Shown piece by piece: positions 27,197-40,088 of a stretch of 64,000 nucleotides of DNA. Both the position numbers and the translations under genes were made by a program. Source of the stretch: Ruditapes philippinarum (Eukaryota). The notes below the pieces were generated by a model. It had not been told where the DNA came from, searched no databases, and saw nothing but the letters and a program-made list of their open reading frames with translations. How positions within the stretch are numbered: the stretch's first letter is position 1; each line of letters begins with the position of its first letter. The DNA lies in NCBI RefSeq assembly GCF_026571515.1, contig NW_026860876.1, forward strand, positions 124,001 through 188,000. Reading direction: 5' to 3'.

Positions 27197-27415
27197 GCGG
27201 CGGCATTGTCCATTGGTTTTGCGTCGGACTAGTAATCTAAAGATTGCTGGCCGCGTGGGTTCAAACCCCGTCAAGGACAAGACGTTGTTTCCCTGAGCAA
27301 GAAACTATATAATTATATACTCATTGCTTAGTACTGTTTGGTTCCAGGAACGGATTCGAGAAAGTTTCAGTAAGTTCAAGCTTCCAGCACAAAAGAACAA
27401 AACAAATTTGTATGA
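27197..27415 (+). mobile_element. tRNA-derived SINE with a CORE-like segment
   Basis: B-box GGTTCAAACCC, CORE-like TCCCTGAGCAAGAAACT, then AGTACTGTTTGGTTCCAGGAACGGATTCGAG. Confidence 0.7.
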
Positions 27416-30400
27416 CCTAATGTATTACTATTGATGCTTTTAATACAAGATGTATAATATATTATGTAAGCTGTTAAATTAAGGTGACATTGGCTGCTAA
27501 GTTGTTACATATAGCAGTAACGCGTCGATGTTAGATTATACTCATATGTCCCTTTCATTCTATAGAATAAGTATTCACAGAAACAGATTGCTTAGTTAAT
27601 GTTTTTAATAATACATAAAAAGATATCTGGGATCATCCCTGTGTGGTTACATGCATCTTAATCAAGTACAACCTTATTCTGTTTGACAACAAGTATCAGT
27701 ATAAAGACTGTTATCAAGTAATATATAATTCTGAAGAATATACGGTTGTTTGTTCGGCACTGTGTTAGACTATAATGGGTACATTAGTGACAGACTTATT
27801 TCTTTTTCTTATACTTATTTTAATAATGCAAGCCACAACTTGTCAATTCATATGTTTCGATATTTAAAACAATTCAACTGAAACGCATCCAATACTTAAC
27901 TTTTGATATTTATTGTTGTCAGCAATTCCGTTTTCGGGACTTACCTCCTTGCCGTCAGTCAGTTTTCACAAGGTTGTTTATGTCAATATAAATTTTTAAC
28001 TTTTTTGTTTACATGGAGCAGAAATTAAACTAAAGCCAGACAACTGATCTATATTGATCTATATTATGTAATAATTATACTGATAGACACGCTTATTTTC
28101 TTAGAACATTCGTTAATTGTGTTCAGAGAAAATTAATTAATTAATTAATACACTAGGATGAATATTTTCAAAAGGAGTATAGTCTTCAAAAAAACGCCAA
28201 TCATAAAATTATTGTTCGGGTCCTTAAATAAAAACAAATGTGTGTACCGATGTTTTCTTGATGATTTTACTGACTCTAAATATTGATTATATATTAATTT
28301 AAATGTCTGACTGAAGTTCTATTTCTAGGTGTAGAACAATTTATTGACAATTTATAAACGGCGACGACAGATGACAAAAGCAGCTGTCTGTCAATAAAGT
28401 GTGTACATTGCTTTTGTTTTCTTAAGACTATTTATAGCTTCTTTTTTTCTCTCCCAAAGTCACGTCTATAGATTTAGTGATCTAGCTCTGCTTCAACATA
28501 CAAATCAGATTCAAAATAGCTTATTGTTCACAAAGTTGTATCTAAAATGTTGCTGAGAAACAGATTCCTTAGATAACCACTAACGTTTTGAGATTCAAAT
28601 GTTAAAAATGGGGAAAGCATATTCCCCGAGGGATAGACATTGACTACTTGTTTAAGAATATGAAATTTAAGGGCATCTAAATGCATTCAAATGTAAAACA
28701 AACCTTGTTTTAATACATTTTTGTATTAACACATTTTTAACCAAACTCATTTAAAGCACTTGATATAGAAAATATCTTGACAAAGTAATACATATTTTTA
28801 TTACTATAATTACGATTTTTGAAATATATCCTTTTAGTGTATTGACATTGCAATTTCCTTTCTTTTGATAGATTTATCATACGCTATCAATATACATTTA
28901 CTGTATCACTAAGAACTAAGATTTTAGACTGTAATTGTGGATTGGTTTACAATGGACACATTTTCCATACGTTTTTCAAATATTATGAAAACAAAAGAAA
29001 TGTGTCATTTGGATAGTCATATAAAATATTGCTTGTAAAAAGAATTTTTAATAAAATTCTTTGTGATTTTCATCTTACACTTGCTAACAACAGTCATGCG
29101 CAATTCGTTCGATGTCTGTTGTTGTTTGATATCAACATAGTTATCTATTTCATTGCAGATCTTTCATTATATACCAATTTAAGTCTGACTTTATTTCGGT
29201 GAAAATGTGCCTCAATATAATAGATTAGTGTATATGTTTATTGATAATAATGTTTAATAATATGAATTTATTTGTTTATTTATTTTCCTGTTCATGAAAA
29301 TAATTTGTTTATTTTAAGCATATATGTTGTACATTTTTTAAAATATTAAACCATTTTCTGAGCATCATGATGAAAAGAAACTTATTATTGTTAATAATCA
29401 GTCAACATAAACTTTAAGTTAATGCTTTATTTAATTTTTTTTTTATATTATCGATGTAATGTGATATATTAGTTCTACTCCTGTTTTTTTTTGCCCTTCC
29501 CAATGAAATCCAGAATGTCATATATTCTCTTAGATAAAGGAAATACGCTGTAGGAGTTTTGTTTTACCTATTAGTTTGTTTTGTTTCTGTGGGATTGGAC
29601 GAGTCTCATAACATTTTCTTTACATTTTTCCATTGTAAGAGGTTTTCCACTACGTATATCCTTTTGTGTTTTCTTTTATGTGTTCTTATCTGTCAATTTG
29701 AATTACCAGATTGTTTATTTAATGAAGAAAATAAATTCCTTTTACTTGTCAAAAACCTATTTATCCACCTCAGTATGTTTATATACAACTGTTTATCATT
29801 TTGTGCTCAGTTAAATATTAATATTAATTAATTTAACTGTGTGCATGTCCATAATAACATAGATTATTGTCTTTTGTAAGCACATGTAGCTTCGTAAAGT
29901 TATGCCATTGTTCAATGGACAACGCTTACAATGTATATCGTATCTGATGAAACGTTATGTACTAAATAATTATTGCTAGATTAGATACGCTTTCAACAAT
30001 TTTTATCAAATTAGCAAATGATTTACTTATACTGTTTCGTTAATCATGATAACATTGCTTGCTAACTTTTTCTTTGGCATTTGTGTTTTTCAGAACATGC
30101 TTTTGTAAATATATAGAAACATTTGACTTAAATTGCATTATTTTATAGGAGAAAGCAATCATCTTATATACAAAGAAAGTCTTTAATCATTTCAAGTTCA
30201 GATCTACAAATAAATATACCATTGATAAACGTTACCCACATTTTAACTGTTAGCTTTATTTATTCTTTTTCTATAAGGTATGGATAAAAAATGCTAACAT
30301 TGCAGTCAGATAGATGGTGTTTATATAATCCAACTAATACAGTATAATACAATCACGGTCAACGACAATACATTCAATGAGGCCAATCACTTCAAGAAAT

Positions 30401-31769
30401 AAGTTTATATCCTAAATCAAAACTGTTTCCCTCCTTAGTAGTATAATACTTCATTTATAGAAATGTTCTATACAAATGTGTAATTATCCATAGAAAAATA
30501 AGAACAAATAGTCATCAAAAATGTTCCTTCCGTATATAACACCCTTTTCTTTCATTAATGATATATTATGCTCAAATTTGATATTTGAAAAAAAAACTGA
30601 TATTTACTATAAAGTCTCATTAAAAATAAAAAAAATAAACGTCTTTTGAATACACATAGAGAAGATATGTTACATGTACGTTTCAAACCCTACATCATAG
30701 TACACATCAGGGTAGAGTAGACCAATTAATTTGACATTTAATAATGAATGCAGCTTCCTTAACTTAGTTTATACATTCACGTATTTAAATTAGACATATT
30801 CAGAAATAATTTACTAAACTTCAATAAAAGTATTTTACATATAGATGAGCATAGTACATCTCTAAATAAATCTAACCATTAGAAAAACAAGGACTTTATC
30901 GTCAATTCGCATGAAAAAGGCTACATTTTGTTTGTTAGTTGTTCTAAGGAATAAAATTAAGATCATTTAGGGTAACTATAACTTACTTATTACTAGACAA
31001 TCGAACGAGATGAACTTTCTTCGTTTAAAGATTACTAGGGCAGACGTAACAGACTAATATTTAAACGAAAGAAAAAATGCTAAATGAAATACTTTAAATA
31101 TATATCCGTATGTACCACATCTGTTGTAACATTGTTGCCTCTCATTACATCATTTCTTCCTATTTACGTTTACTTGTGACATTAAGAAGAGAGAAAATAG
31201 AATGTGAGGTTGTGATGAGATTGATAGAAAAAAAAAGTTTAAAAAAAATAAAACTATAAAAGAAGTATCAACTATTTTAACCTGACTAGACGTAATTCAA
31301 TGATCATATATCTAAATTAATGAAAGCTTAAAATCAATGTTGTTATAAATATAATAAGAATATTTTTTTGATGCGTTTATTTAAGGTCGCCGCCGGAAAG
31401 TCCATATGGGCGACCGTGAATATAAAAAAAAACACATTATAAAGAGCCTTTAGTAAGATTATTCACAGGTCGTTTGCTAGTTTTGCTTAAGGGAAGATAG
31501 AAGATGATACCAGAATGACTATCTTTTGGTCTCAAAAAATCATTGCAAGATACTGTCTATTTGCTGTTGGGGTTGTCATACCTATTTATTTATAGCATAA
31601 GTAATCCAGAAGCATTGTAACTTCATCAAGTACATTCAATGAATATAATTAAATTAGTTAAGTGTATCAAATGTAGGAAAATCCTAGCGTCATTTTAATT
31701 AATATGAAAAACAAGGTTTGTATAACGGAAAATATTGTGCCTTATAATTTTCATCGTCTTCCAATATAT

Positions 31770-32505
31770 TTAGTTATTCTCGCTATAAAGTATCGGGTAA
31801 AGGTTATAGTCTCGGTCATTATGTCCTCTTGTCCGTCCGTCATTCAGTCTAGCAAATGTAAGAAAAAAATTGAGATATATATAAAATTTTAACTTTATAG
31901 GTAAATAGATCTCGTTAGAGAGGAGTGTAATGCCCAACAATAAGTTTTCTATCCCTATATTCTTTGCGTTTTTGCCTATGGTTTTGTGCAGAGCATAACT
32001 CCAAAAGTATTAAAACTGCATGTGTGGATAGATCTGGTGCAGGAAGAGTGCAAAGTGCAAAGTTGAAAACTTTTCCTTTCAAAACTTTTGGGTTATTGTC
32101 ATTCGTTGCTTTAATATATGGTTCATTATTTTGCTATTTTCACGCTGTTTTTGTTGGTTATTTTGTGTTGTTTTTTGTTGTTGTTTTTTTTTTGTCCAGA
32201 TCAACTTGAAATTCTATAGATAAATCTCATTGAGGAGAAGTGCACCGCATAAAAATGATATTCTTGCCTTTCATACTCTTTTTGTTATGTCTGATGTTCA
32301 ATTTTTGTCTACAGCATGTTTCAAAATTATTTTAGATATCAACTTGAAACCTCACATTTTTCTATGTGAATATATTTTATTTAGGATGAATGTTTTGTAT
32401 AAGAATTATAAAATGATGACTCGCCTTTTTAGTGTTTGCGCTATTGCTTTTTTGTAAATAATTAGTTCTGTGCGTTTGCGTCGTACTGCTAGATAAGCAG
32501 TTTTC
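31770..32505 (+). mobile_element. Degenerate HINE-like element
   Basis: GTCCGTCCGTC microsatellite near the 5' end, AGCATAACTC / AACTTGAAA core-repeat motifs, and a 3' hairpin ACTGCT-AGATA-AGCAGT. Confidence 0.45.
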
Positions 32506-32560
32506 CTCAAATTATTTTAGAATAGCCTTTATTAAATGTGTGACCTTAAAATATTCTGTG

Positions 32561-33485
32561 TTTTTATATGCCCGAAATATAAATTATTAACACCCCCTGG
32601 CGTCCGTCTGTCCGTCCGTCCGTTAGCAATTTGGTTTCCGGAGCATAACTTAAGTTCCATTTGGCCGACAATATTTAAACTTCATAGGATGATTGTCCCT
32701 ATTGATGTTAGGGCCATAAGGTCAATGGTCAGGGTGACAATGATCTTTAACACTGGGTCATAATGATCTTTACACTGAATATTGTGGTTTCTTTACTTAA
32801 GTTCAATGAGGACCACAGTGTTCAAACTTCAAAAGACGATTGTGAATATTGAGTACAAGACCCCTGTTAATTTCTGGGTCACAAGGTCAAAGGTCGAAGT
32901 CACTATAGCCTTAAAACTGAAAATGGTTTTCGCTCAATAACTTAAGTATTAATCAACCTACAGCTGTAAAATTTTATAGGATGAACAGCCATGTCGAATA
33001 CATAACCCCTTGATTTAAGGGTCGGTCATAAGATCAAACGTCAGGATCACAATGACCTTAACACTGAAAATTGTGGTTTCTGGAGCATAACACAAGTTCA
33101 ATTTGGCTTACAGTGTTCAAACTTCATAGGATGATTGCCTATATTGAATAAAAAGATCCGTATCTATTTTGGGGTCACCAGGTCAAAGGTCAATATCAAA
33201 TGACCTTAATATTGTTACAACTGTCAGAATTTTGCTTAATATATTATGTTATACCCCGGCGTCTTTCCGTAAATCCGTTGTAGAATTTTTACTTACAAGA
33301 TAACAACTTGATGGTGGTGCTTTGGAAACAGAAACTGTATATATATGAAGGTTCTTCAGCTAAGAGGAGGATTGCTTTTTGACGGAGGTTATACTTTATT
33401 TAATTCCCATGTCTTACAGATGCTTTATCCTTACTAATAAAAACACTTTCGGGCATATAATGCTCCGCCTAGCGGTGCTCTTGTT
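32561..33485 (+). mobile_element. Helentron-associated non-autonomous element (HINE / DINE-1 / pearl-like)
   Basis: T-rich start and a 14-bp subterminal IR TTATATGCCCGAAA (32564-77) / TTTCGGGCATATAA (33447-60). It has a (GTCC)n microsatellite, several ~140-150-bp core repeats containing AAGGTCAAAGGTC, and a 3' hairpin GCTCCGC-CTA-GCGGTGC followed by TCTTGTT. Confidence 0.8.
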
Positions 33486-33677
33486 CAATTTGAAATATGA
33501 TAAATAAGATCAACAAGGAAAGGCGGCGTTCAATGAACGCAACCCCCATATGACCCAGCCACAAGAACCAGTGGCAAGGAGCCCAGGCGGAGCTCATTCA
33601 CTACTTTAGCGATTCGATTCTAGTTCAAATGCTTTAATTTGAGTATCGTCAGCTACTATAAATTTCACTTTCGTCAG

Positions 33678-33902
33678 AGGGAGTCCGTGGCTGAGTAGTT
33701 AAGGCCGTTGACTTCAAACGACATTCCCTTCACCGTTGTAGGGTCGCCATTTATTCTGGCATGTAATGAATCTATCCAGTTAGCTTAATATGGAACGTCT
33801 ATTCAGAGTGCCGCTCAGGCCTGACACAGTACACGTGAACCAGTAAAGCTGAAAGGTCGCCAATTGCATCTTCTGTGTTGGTGCGAAGTTAATTAACAAA
33901 AA
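33678..33902 (+). mobile_element. Degenerate tRNA-derived SINE (Meta-domain-like body)
   Basis: A-box GTGGCTGAGTAGTTAAG, body CTATCCAGTTAGCTTA..CCAGTAAAGCTGAAAGGTCGCC, tail TGTGTTGGTGCGA. Confidence 0.6.
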
Positions 33903-36900
33903 TTTAAAAGAGCAAACAAAAACAGAAAACCTTCGTCAGTATATCAGTATAATTATTAGCAAAGTAATTTTGTCTAATCTCTTCATGTATATCTTTCACA
34001 CTTGCAAGCTTAAGTGTGGCATTAACCGTGTTGTTATCTTTTTCAAATTCAATGTTGTAGTTATATAAGTGTATATGGATCGGTAACTGATTCCAATCTA
34101 ATAAGCAGTCTTGCCACAAGATTTTCTTTGCTCATTCTTTTTTAATCAGATTCAATTTGTCTGTGTTTATTGCAAAAGTTATAGACAACTACATTCCAAA
34201 CTTGGTATTTCTTAACCTTTCCATATACATTCAATGGATCAGTTTCTTCGATAGTATTCAAAATCACTAACTACATTTTTGCCGCTAGCGACATGTGTAT
34301 TGCTTTATAAAAATTCTTAAGTCATGCCACTAAGAGATGTGGAAATGATAATTGAGTATTAAGGTTGATAGTCCATCCGATAATTAATGACTTAGTGTCA
34401 TGGTAACAATAGGACATCCCATCTAATAAATGTTTACGAAAGGACTTAATTGGTTATAATATCTGTAATTAGCAGGTCTTCATTATTTTAGTAGTTCAAT
34501 ACCGTATTATATGTTATAAATCAAATGCTTGTAAATAATGCATCTGCCATCATAAAGCGCGGAAACATGTGAGTAATAAGTATACGTTTATAAATTACCT
34601 GTCACTAAGCGGGGATTTTGGTCAAAACAGTTCAAATTCAAAATTTATTACATTAAGAGTTTGTGGTTTATTTTTTGAATTCCAGCGAATTGAATTATTT
34701 TTATATTTTTTTATATTTCTAATGCTAGCCGGCACTTAGTTTTGATACGCAGTTATAGCATACGTTCTTAAATTTGTAGTCTTTAAATTTTTGATTCAAT
34801 ACCTACTTGTATTTGGGCTTATTCAGATAAACAGACTACACTACACATGTACCATAGTCAAAATTGCCCAATCTGTCTGAAAAAAACAACGTCTGTAACA
34901 TTACATTTTTGAATATGTACACATTGCGACAATAATATCGTGTCTTGTTATTTACTTCACATATATCCAGCGCAAAAATGATATTAAGGTCTGGTACAGT
35001 GTGATTGGGATTATGCTTGATGTTCTGGCAATTCTTTTCAGAGAAAAGGTTCATAACTGTATCACGTACTTAGTTGTATAATTGAAAATACGTATTACGC
35101 TTGTAGCAGTACAGGAGGATAGTAAATAAAGGCAACAAATTATTTCAGAAAATATTGTGGATGCTTTCTTGTTATTAGATATCATTTTCTTAAGCTTAAG
35201 CTGTCTGTAATAGTTGCACTTGTGTAAAGCAAGCATACATATTTTCATTATAATATTATTTGTAGGATATAATAAAATAAAATCACTATTGATAAAATGT
35301 ACCTTTTAATTATTGTTCTTGTATGTGCTATTTTCTTTTTTGAAAATGGTTTAAAACTTTAAAGCACTGTAGCTGTTTCATGTATAAACGCAGTTTGTTT
35401 TCAATTAAGAAAGCATAAAATGACTTGGTATAAATAAAGATATAATATCATCGCCATAAAAACAAAGAAGGCCAATCTTGTTTTTCTTCTTTTTTTTTTT
35501 TTCTTTTTTTTGGAATGCGGTATATATAACAGGGGTGATCAAATGTGTTGTCACAAGGATTGTTATTCATTTTCTAGAAACAGTGCAACAAACAACATCG
35601 GTGTGTATTGAACAGCATGCTAGGTTTTGTGTGTTATACCAAATGGTTTATAAACAACAGATAGGTATTAAAACATATAATGAGAAAAAACGTCTCGCAC
35701 ACAACGCTAACGACGTCACCAATCAAATATAACACTGTAGTAGTTGGTTTGTCAAATTCTATTTTGGTCGTAAATCGATTTTTGCATTTCAAACCATTCA
35801 AAAGAAGAACATTGTGTTTACTCTATGTAAGAACTTGGCGAAAGTATATTTTTATCTAATTTTGCTTTCATAAAAAAAGAATAATTTCACATCGCACGAA
35901 GAGAAGTCCTGTAATTTCGACAAATTATTTTGATTTTCTGTTTGAAGCATTTACTTGTTTTTTTCTCTTATACAATGTATATATATATATCTGAAGATTA
36001 TAAAACACGCAACTTTCCAAGAAAATATAATGTATTTTTCCTTGAAATAGGTTTAATGTTTATAAGCACGATTGAAATTTGATCTTTAATTCTTATGCAA
36101 TTATTATATAATTTCCTTCCCGGCGTCAAAAATATTAAAAACAACATCGACAAGGAAGGGCGACGTTCAATATATGCAACTTTCACACGACCAAGTAGCA
36201 CAGGACTTCCGGCAAAAAGCTCGAATGACACCTAACAGAAACAGGACAGGGCACACAACTAGGTCGAAAAATGCAATGTACCAAATCGTTAAAAAGGTTT
36301 CACTGTTAATTTTAAGATTCGTAATTGTTTGATTACCTAATAAATTTTATGTTAAAAGAAATAAAATCGCAATTTTATTCCCGGTTGCAAACCACTACAT
36401 TTACACCATGAATGTTTCTTCTTTTTTAAAAGTTATTGTATTTTAAGAAAAGTCTTTGAAAGGCTCAATGCATTTGTTTGAATTTAACTATTATATTATC
36501 ACAAAACTTTCTTATCTGGGTCAAATTAACCATCCTATGAAATTATGCGTTCACTCATTTGCCTGTATATTGCTCAATCTGATTGTGTGTATTGTTTTTT
36601 TTTTTATTTCATAGTATTGTTACATCCATGAGTATCACACAAACATTCTAAACATGGAAAAAGTATCAATGTTCTAAAAGCAATTCTTAACATGACATCA
36701 AATTTAATGAGCAACTAACAATATGAGTATTGAATGTACGGGATATAATGAACAATAAAATATTTTATAAAGAACAGAAAGTTGTATAGGAATGTTAAAC
36801 TTAGATGTACAACTTTATTCAAAAACACTGAGAGAAGAAAATAAGTGTCAAAACAAGCAAAATATAACACAAAGTCAAAACCCAAGGAGAAACATGAGAA

Positions 36901-38229
36901 CATAATAAGGACAACAAACTACTAGAGACAATAGTAACAGTGATAACATGTATATATATTTTTACAATATGTAAGGATGATGAAAATAACTATAAATATA
37001 ACGAGTACATCTATAATAATAATTTATACGTAAAATTTACACCAATTGGGAAAAAAATATGCAGTATTTTCGTAAAATATTTTTAATGCCCCCTTACTGA
37101 CCAACTGATTGCAGAAATGCTATAATTTATCCATTTTTATGCTTTTCTATCATACGATATTTTATGATGGTGTACTTCCTGAATGATGGGAAGAACAGTA
37201 TATTGCCAAATTTTGAAGGCGGGGCTCATGAAACAAAACAAAAAATACCCTAAATAATACTAAGTAAAATAATATTATTTATGGTTGATAGACTTATCGA
37301 ACTGGCTATTGAAAATATTCTTGTATTACATGTTATAATAACAAATAATGTAGCTTTATGCATCATTCCTAGACTGGGAAAATATGTTTGACCGCATTGA
37401 TCGGGTTTTTTTATGGAGAAAGTTACTAAATGAAAAAATAAGTCCAAACTTTGTTACTGTAATCAAGTCTATTTATCGTACTGTTTATCGCTTGTGAAAC
37501 CTGCATTCTGATCTAGTTGGTTCTAAAATTAGAGTAAAACAATTATTTATTTAATGTATATATCAGTTGGAACTCCAAGTTTGCCAAATGATAAGTTTAT
37601 TTGGTAGCATTGTTTTACAAACAATAAATTATGATGTTATGCTGCAGAGGTGTGAGGCATCATGCCGGTCCAAACATAGAAATTATACATGAAATGTTTT
37701 GTAGAAGATTGTTATGTGTTAAAAAATCAACCAATGTGTTAAGTTGTAAACTTGCTCATATACCAATGTCCTCTCATAGAAATCTAATATTGATCAAATA
37801 CTGGATAAAAAAAACTTAAGCTTAATGAACGGAAAATATTATATTAAATCTATATTGTGTTAAAAAGCGATGCCGAAAACGGTGTAACATATACTATAAA
37901 GACTACTTTAAAGCAGACTGGCTTGTTTTATATTTGAGAAAATCAGTTTTCTATGCATACAGATTTTAGTATTATCAAACATATTCTGTTAAAGTTTCTT
38001 CAATAGTTATTGATAACTCGACGTCTATATACAAACTGTTTATTTATACACTCATTTGAATTTGAAAATTATTAACCGAAATTCAGTGTAGCATTGTCTA
38101 AGTTTCGTTAATTTTCTTATGATCTGGTTATTGAACGTGGATAGAAATATGCCAAGACATGAAATATTGTTTAGAAATTTTGTATTGATATGTTCTTAAT
38201 TCCAAGACTTAAGATCAGCACTTATAAAA

Positions 38230-39283
38230 AGATAATTATTACATTATTTTTCCCTTTATGTATAGAGTAAATACTTGAAAAATTCTTTTAAAGACCCAAA
38301 GAGCTAGAGCAAAGATATTTAACATGAAACATTTTCTAATAGGTGTCTACCAAGTATGTTCAAATAAGGACCCTGGGGTTAAAATTGGGTTAAAATTGGC
38401 CCCATCCGGGAGGTCAATGATTTTCCTTATGTGTATAGTAAAAACTGAAAAGAATCTACGTTTAAAACCCCAAAGAGCTAGAATTTAGATACCAAGCATG
38501 AAATATCTTTTAGTGAGTGTGTACCAAGTTTGTTAAAATAAAATCCCTGGGATCAAAATTGGCATAAAAATGTCTACAACACCAAGACGATGTGTCGCGT
38601 CTAATAATCATGTCCCTACCTCAAACGTCATTGTCACACTACCATTTTGATGTTCGTTTTATCACAATTAGAGTTTATAGGTACACACATTCGTGTCCGG
38701 GTTGTAACTTTTTCATGCATCAAAGGATTTTAAATTAACTAGGCATGCATAAATGTCTACCACATATAGACAACATCGAGACCCATGTCCCTACATTCAA
38801 GGTCAAGGTCACAATTATAGTTTGAAGGTACTCATTCTCTCGAGAAGAGTTTGAAGAAACACATTCATGTCCGGACTGTAATAACTTTGTCATGCATGGA
38901 AGGATTTTAAAAACTTGGCACCTGGTCTACCACATCAAGACAAGACAATATGTCGTCCGTCTGTCCGTGTGTTCCCACTTACACAACAATCATGTCTAGA
39001 CTGTAACTTTGTCATGCATTGAGAGATTTTGAAATAATTTGGCACAAATGTCTATCTCATAACAACATTTTGTCGCGTCCAGGAACCACGTCCCCTTTTC
39101 AAAGGTCAAGGTCACACTTATATTTAGAAGGTTCATGCTATCACAATAAGAGATTACAGGTACAATAATACAAAGAACAATATTCAATAGTTACATTCAT
39201 TGTCTTTTCTTTTTATAATACCTGCAAGCTTAAGAAAATAAACCATTTCGGGGGCATTCGTCACTTAGGTGACAGCCCTTGTT
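38230..39283 (+). mobile_element. HINE-like element(s) with degenerate core repeats
   Basis: Repeated units with AAGGTCAAGGTCAC, TGTCCGGACTGTAACTTT and TTGGCACAAATG. The 3' end is TTCGGGGGCAT-GTCAC TTAG GTGAC-AGCCCTTGTT. The 5' boundary is uncertain. Confidence 0.6.
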
Positions 39284-39680
39284 CTGTCATCATTTATTTA
39301 TATTACAGTTTTAAAGTACAGATACATTCTCACTCGTCATTGAAGAAGATCAATTCAATTTCATGATACTTTTATCAAGTGAAATTAAATGGAGAACTAT
39401 GTGTTTTGAATTGATTCAAATTATGAGAATTATTTTAGTTTTTGAAGGTCATTTTGGTTTTAACTTGGTCTATTTAAGTTAACCAGTCATATTCTCTTCT
39501 AGTGTTTTTAAGTACAGTCTTTACATATAACTTCCATTCCTATTTGAATGGAATCATAAAAAACTGTTACAAAATACAGTAAAAGAGATAATTGAGAGAC
39601 ATTTTTTGCCTACATATATATCAGCACCGCTTCTTAAAGTAGGCAGGAAAAAAAACAACCATTGAGAAGTGAAAATACCC

Positions 39681-39903
39681 TTTTTAGCTTGACTATTCGA
39701 AGAATAGGGATAGGTATTGTACTCATGTACCAGGCGTCAGTGTCATACTTTGATTTAAGTTTGTGTGCAAGTTAGTATCTCAAAAACTATTGAAGGAAAT
39801 GCGTTGAAACTTCACACACTTATTTGAGGACATAATAGGAGGTCACTGTCCAAGGCCCATAACTCTAATATTCGAGCGCACTGTCCTATTGACAGCTCTT
39901 GTA
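39681..39903 (+). mobile_element. Short HINE-like element
   Basis: Starts TTTTTAGCTTGACTATTCGAAGAATAG and ends TCGAGCGCA-CTGTC CTATT GACAG-CTCTTGT (subterminal IR, hairpin, CTTGT). Confidence 0.6.
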
Positions 39904-39921
39904 TTGTAATATTATTTACAG

Positions 39922-40088
39922 AGCAAGATGGTCATAACCTAACAGCTGACGATCCAGACCTGATCACACGGGACCAAATAGATGATATTCTTGAGTCAGA
40001 ACTACGTAGAGAAAGACTCTTGAATGAGGCAGCTGGAATAAAAAGTTCTGGTCCGACAGCGAGATGGTTGAAGAGTATGTTTCAATGA
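39922..40088 (+). CDS. Candidate isolated coding exon of an unidentified gene (xQDGHNLTADDPDLITRDQIDDILESELRRERLLNEAAGIKSSGPTARWLKSMFQ*)
   Basis: Good acceptor tatttacAG| at 39921, then a phase-1 open frame of 55 codons to TGA 40086-40088. GC is visibly higher than the flanks and the composition is protein-like. An alternative donor AAGA|GTATGT at 40075 would give a symmetrical 153-nt internal exon. No partner exon was found. Confidence 0.5.

Noticed and set aside
27939-28080. Possible non-coding first exon of the prohormone (minus-strand GGAG|GTAAGT donor at 27944)
   Set aside because: The donor is strong but lies 12 kb away with nothing else linking it to the gene; it cannot be supported without transcripts.
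33904-34260. Coding-looking minus-strand stretch (WQDCLLDWNQLP...)
   Set aside because: Interrupted by stops with no identifiable family; possibly an old TE relic.
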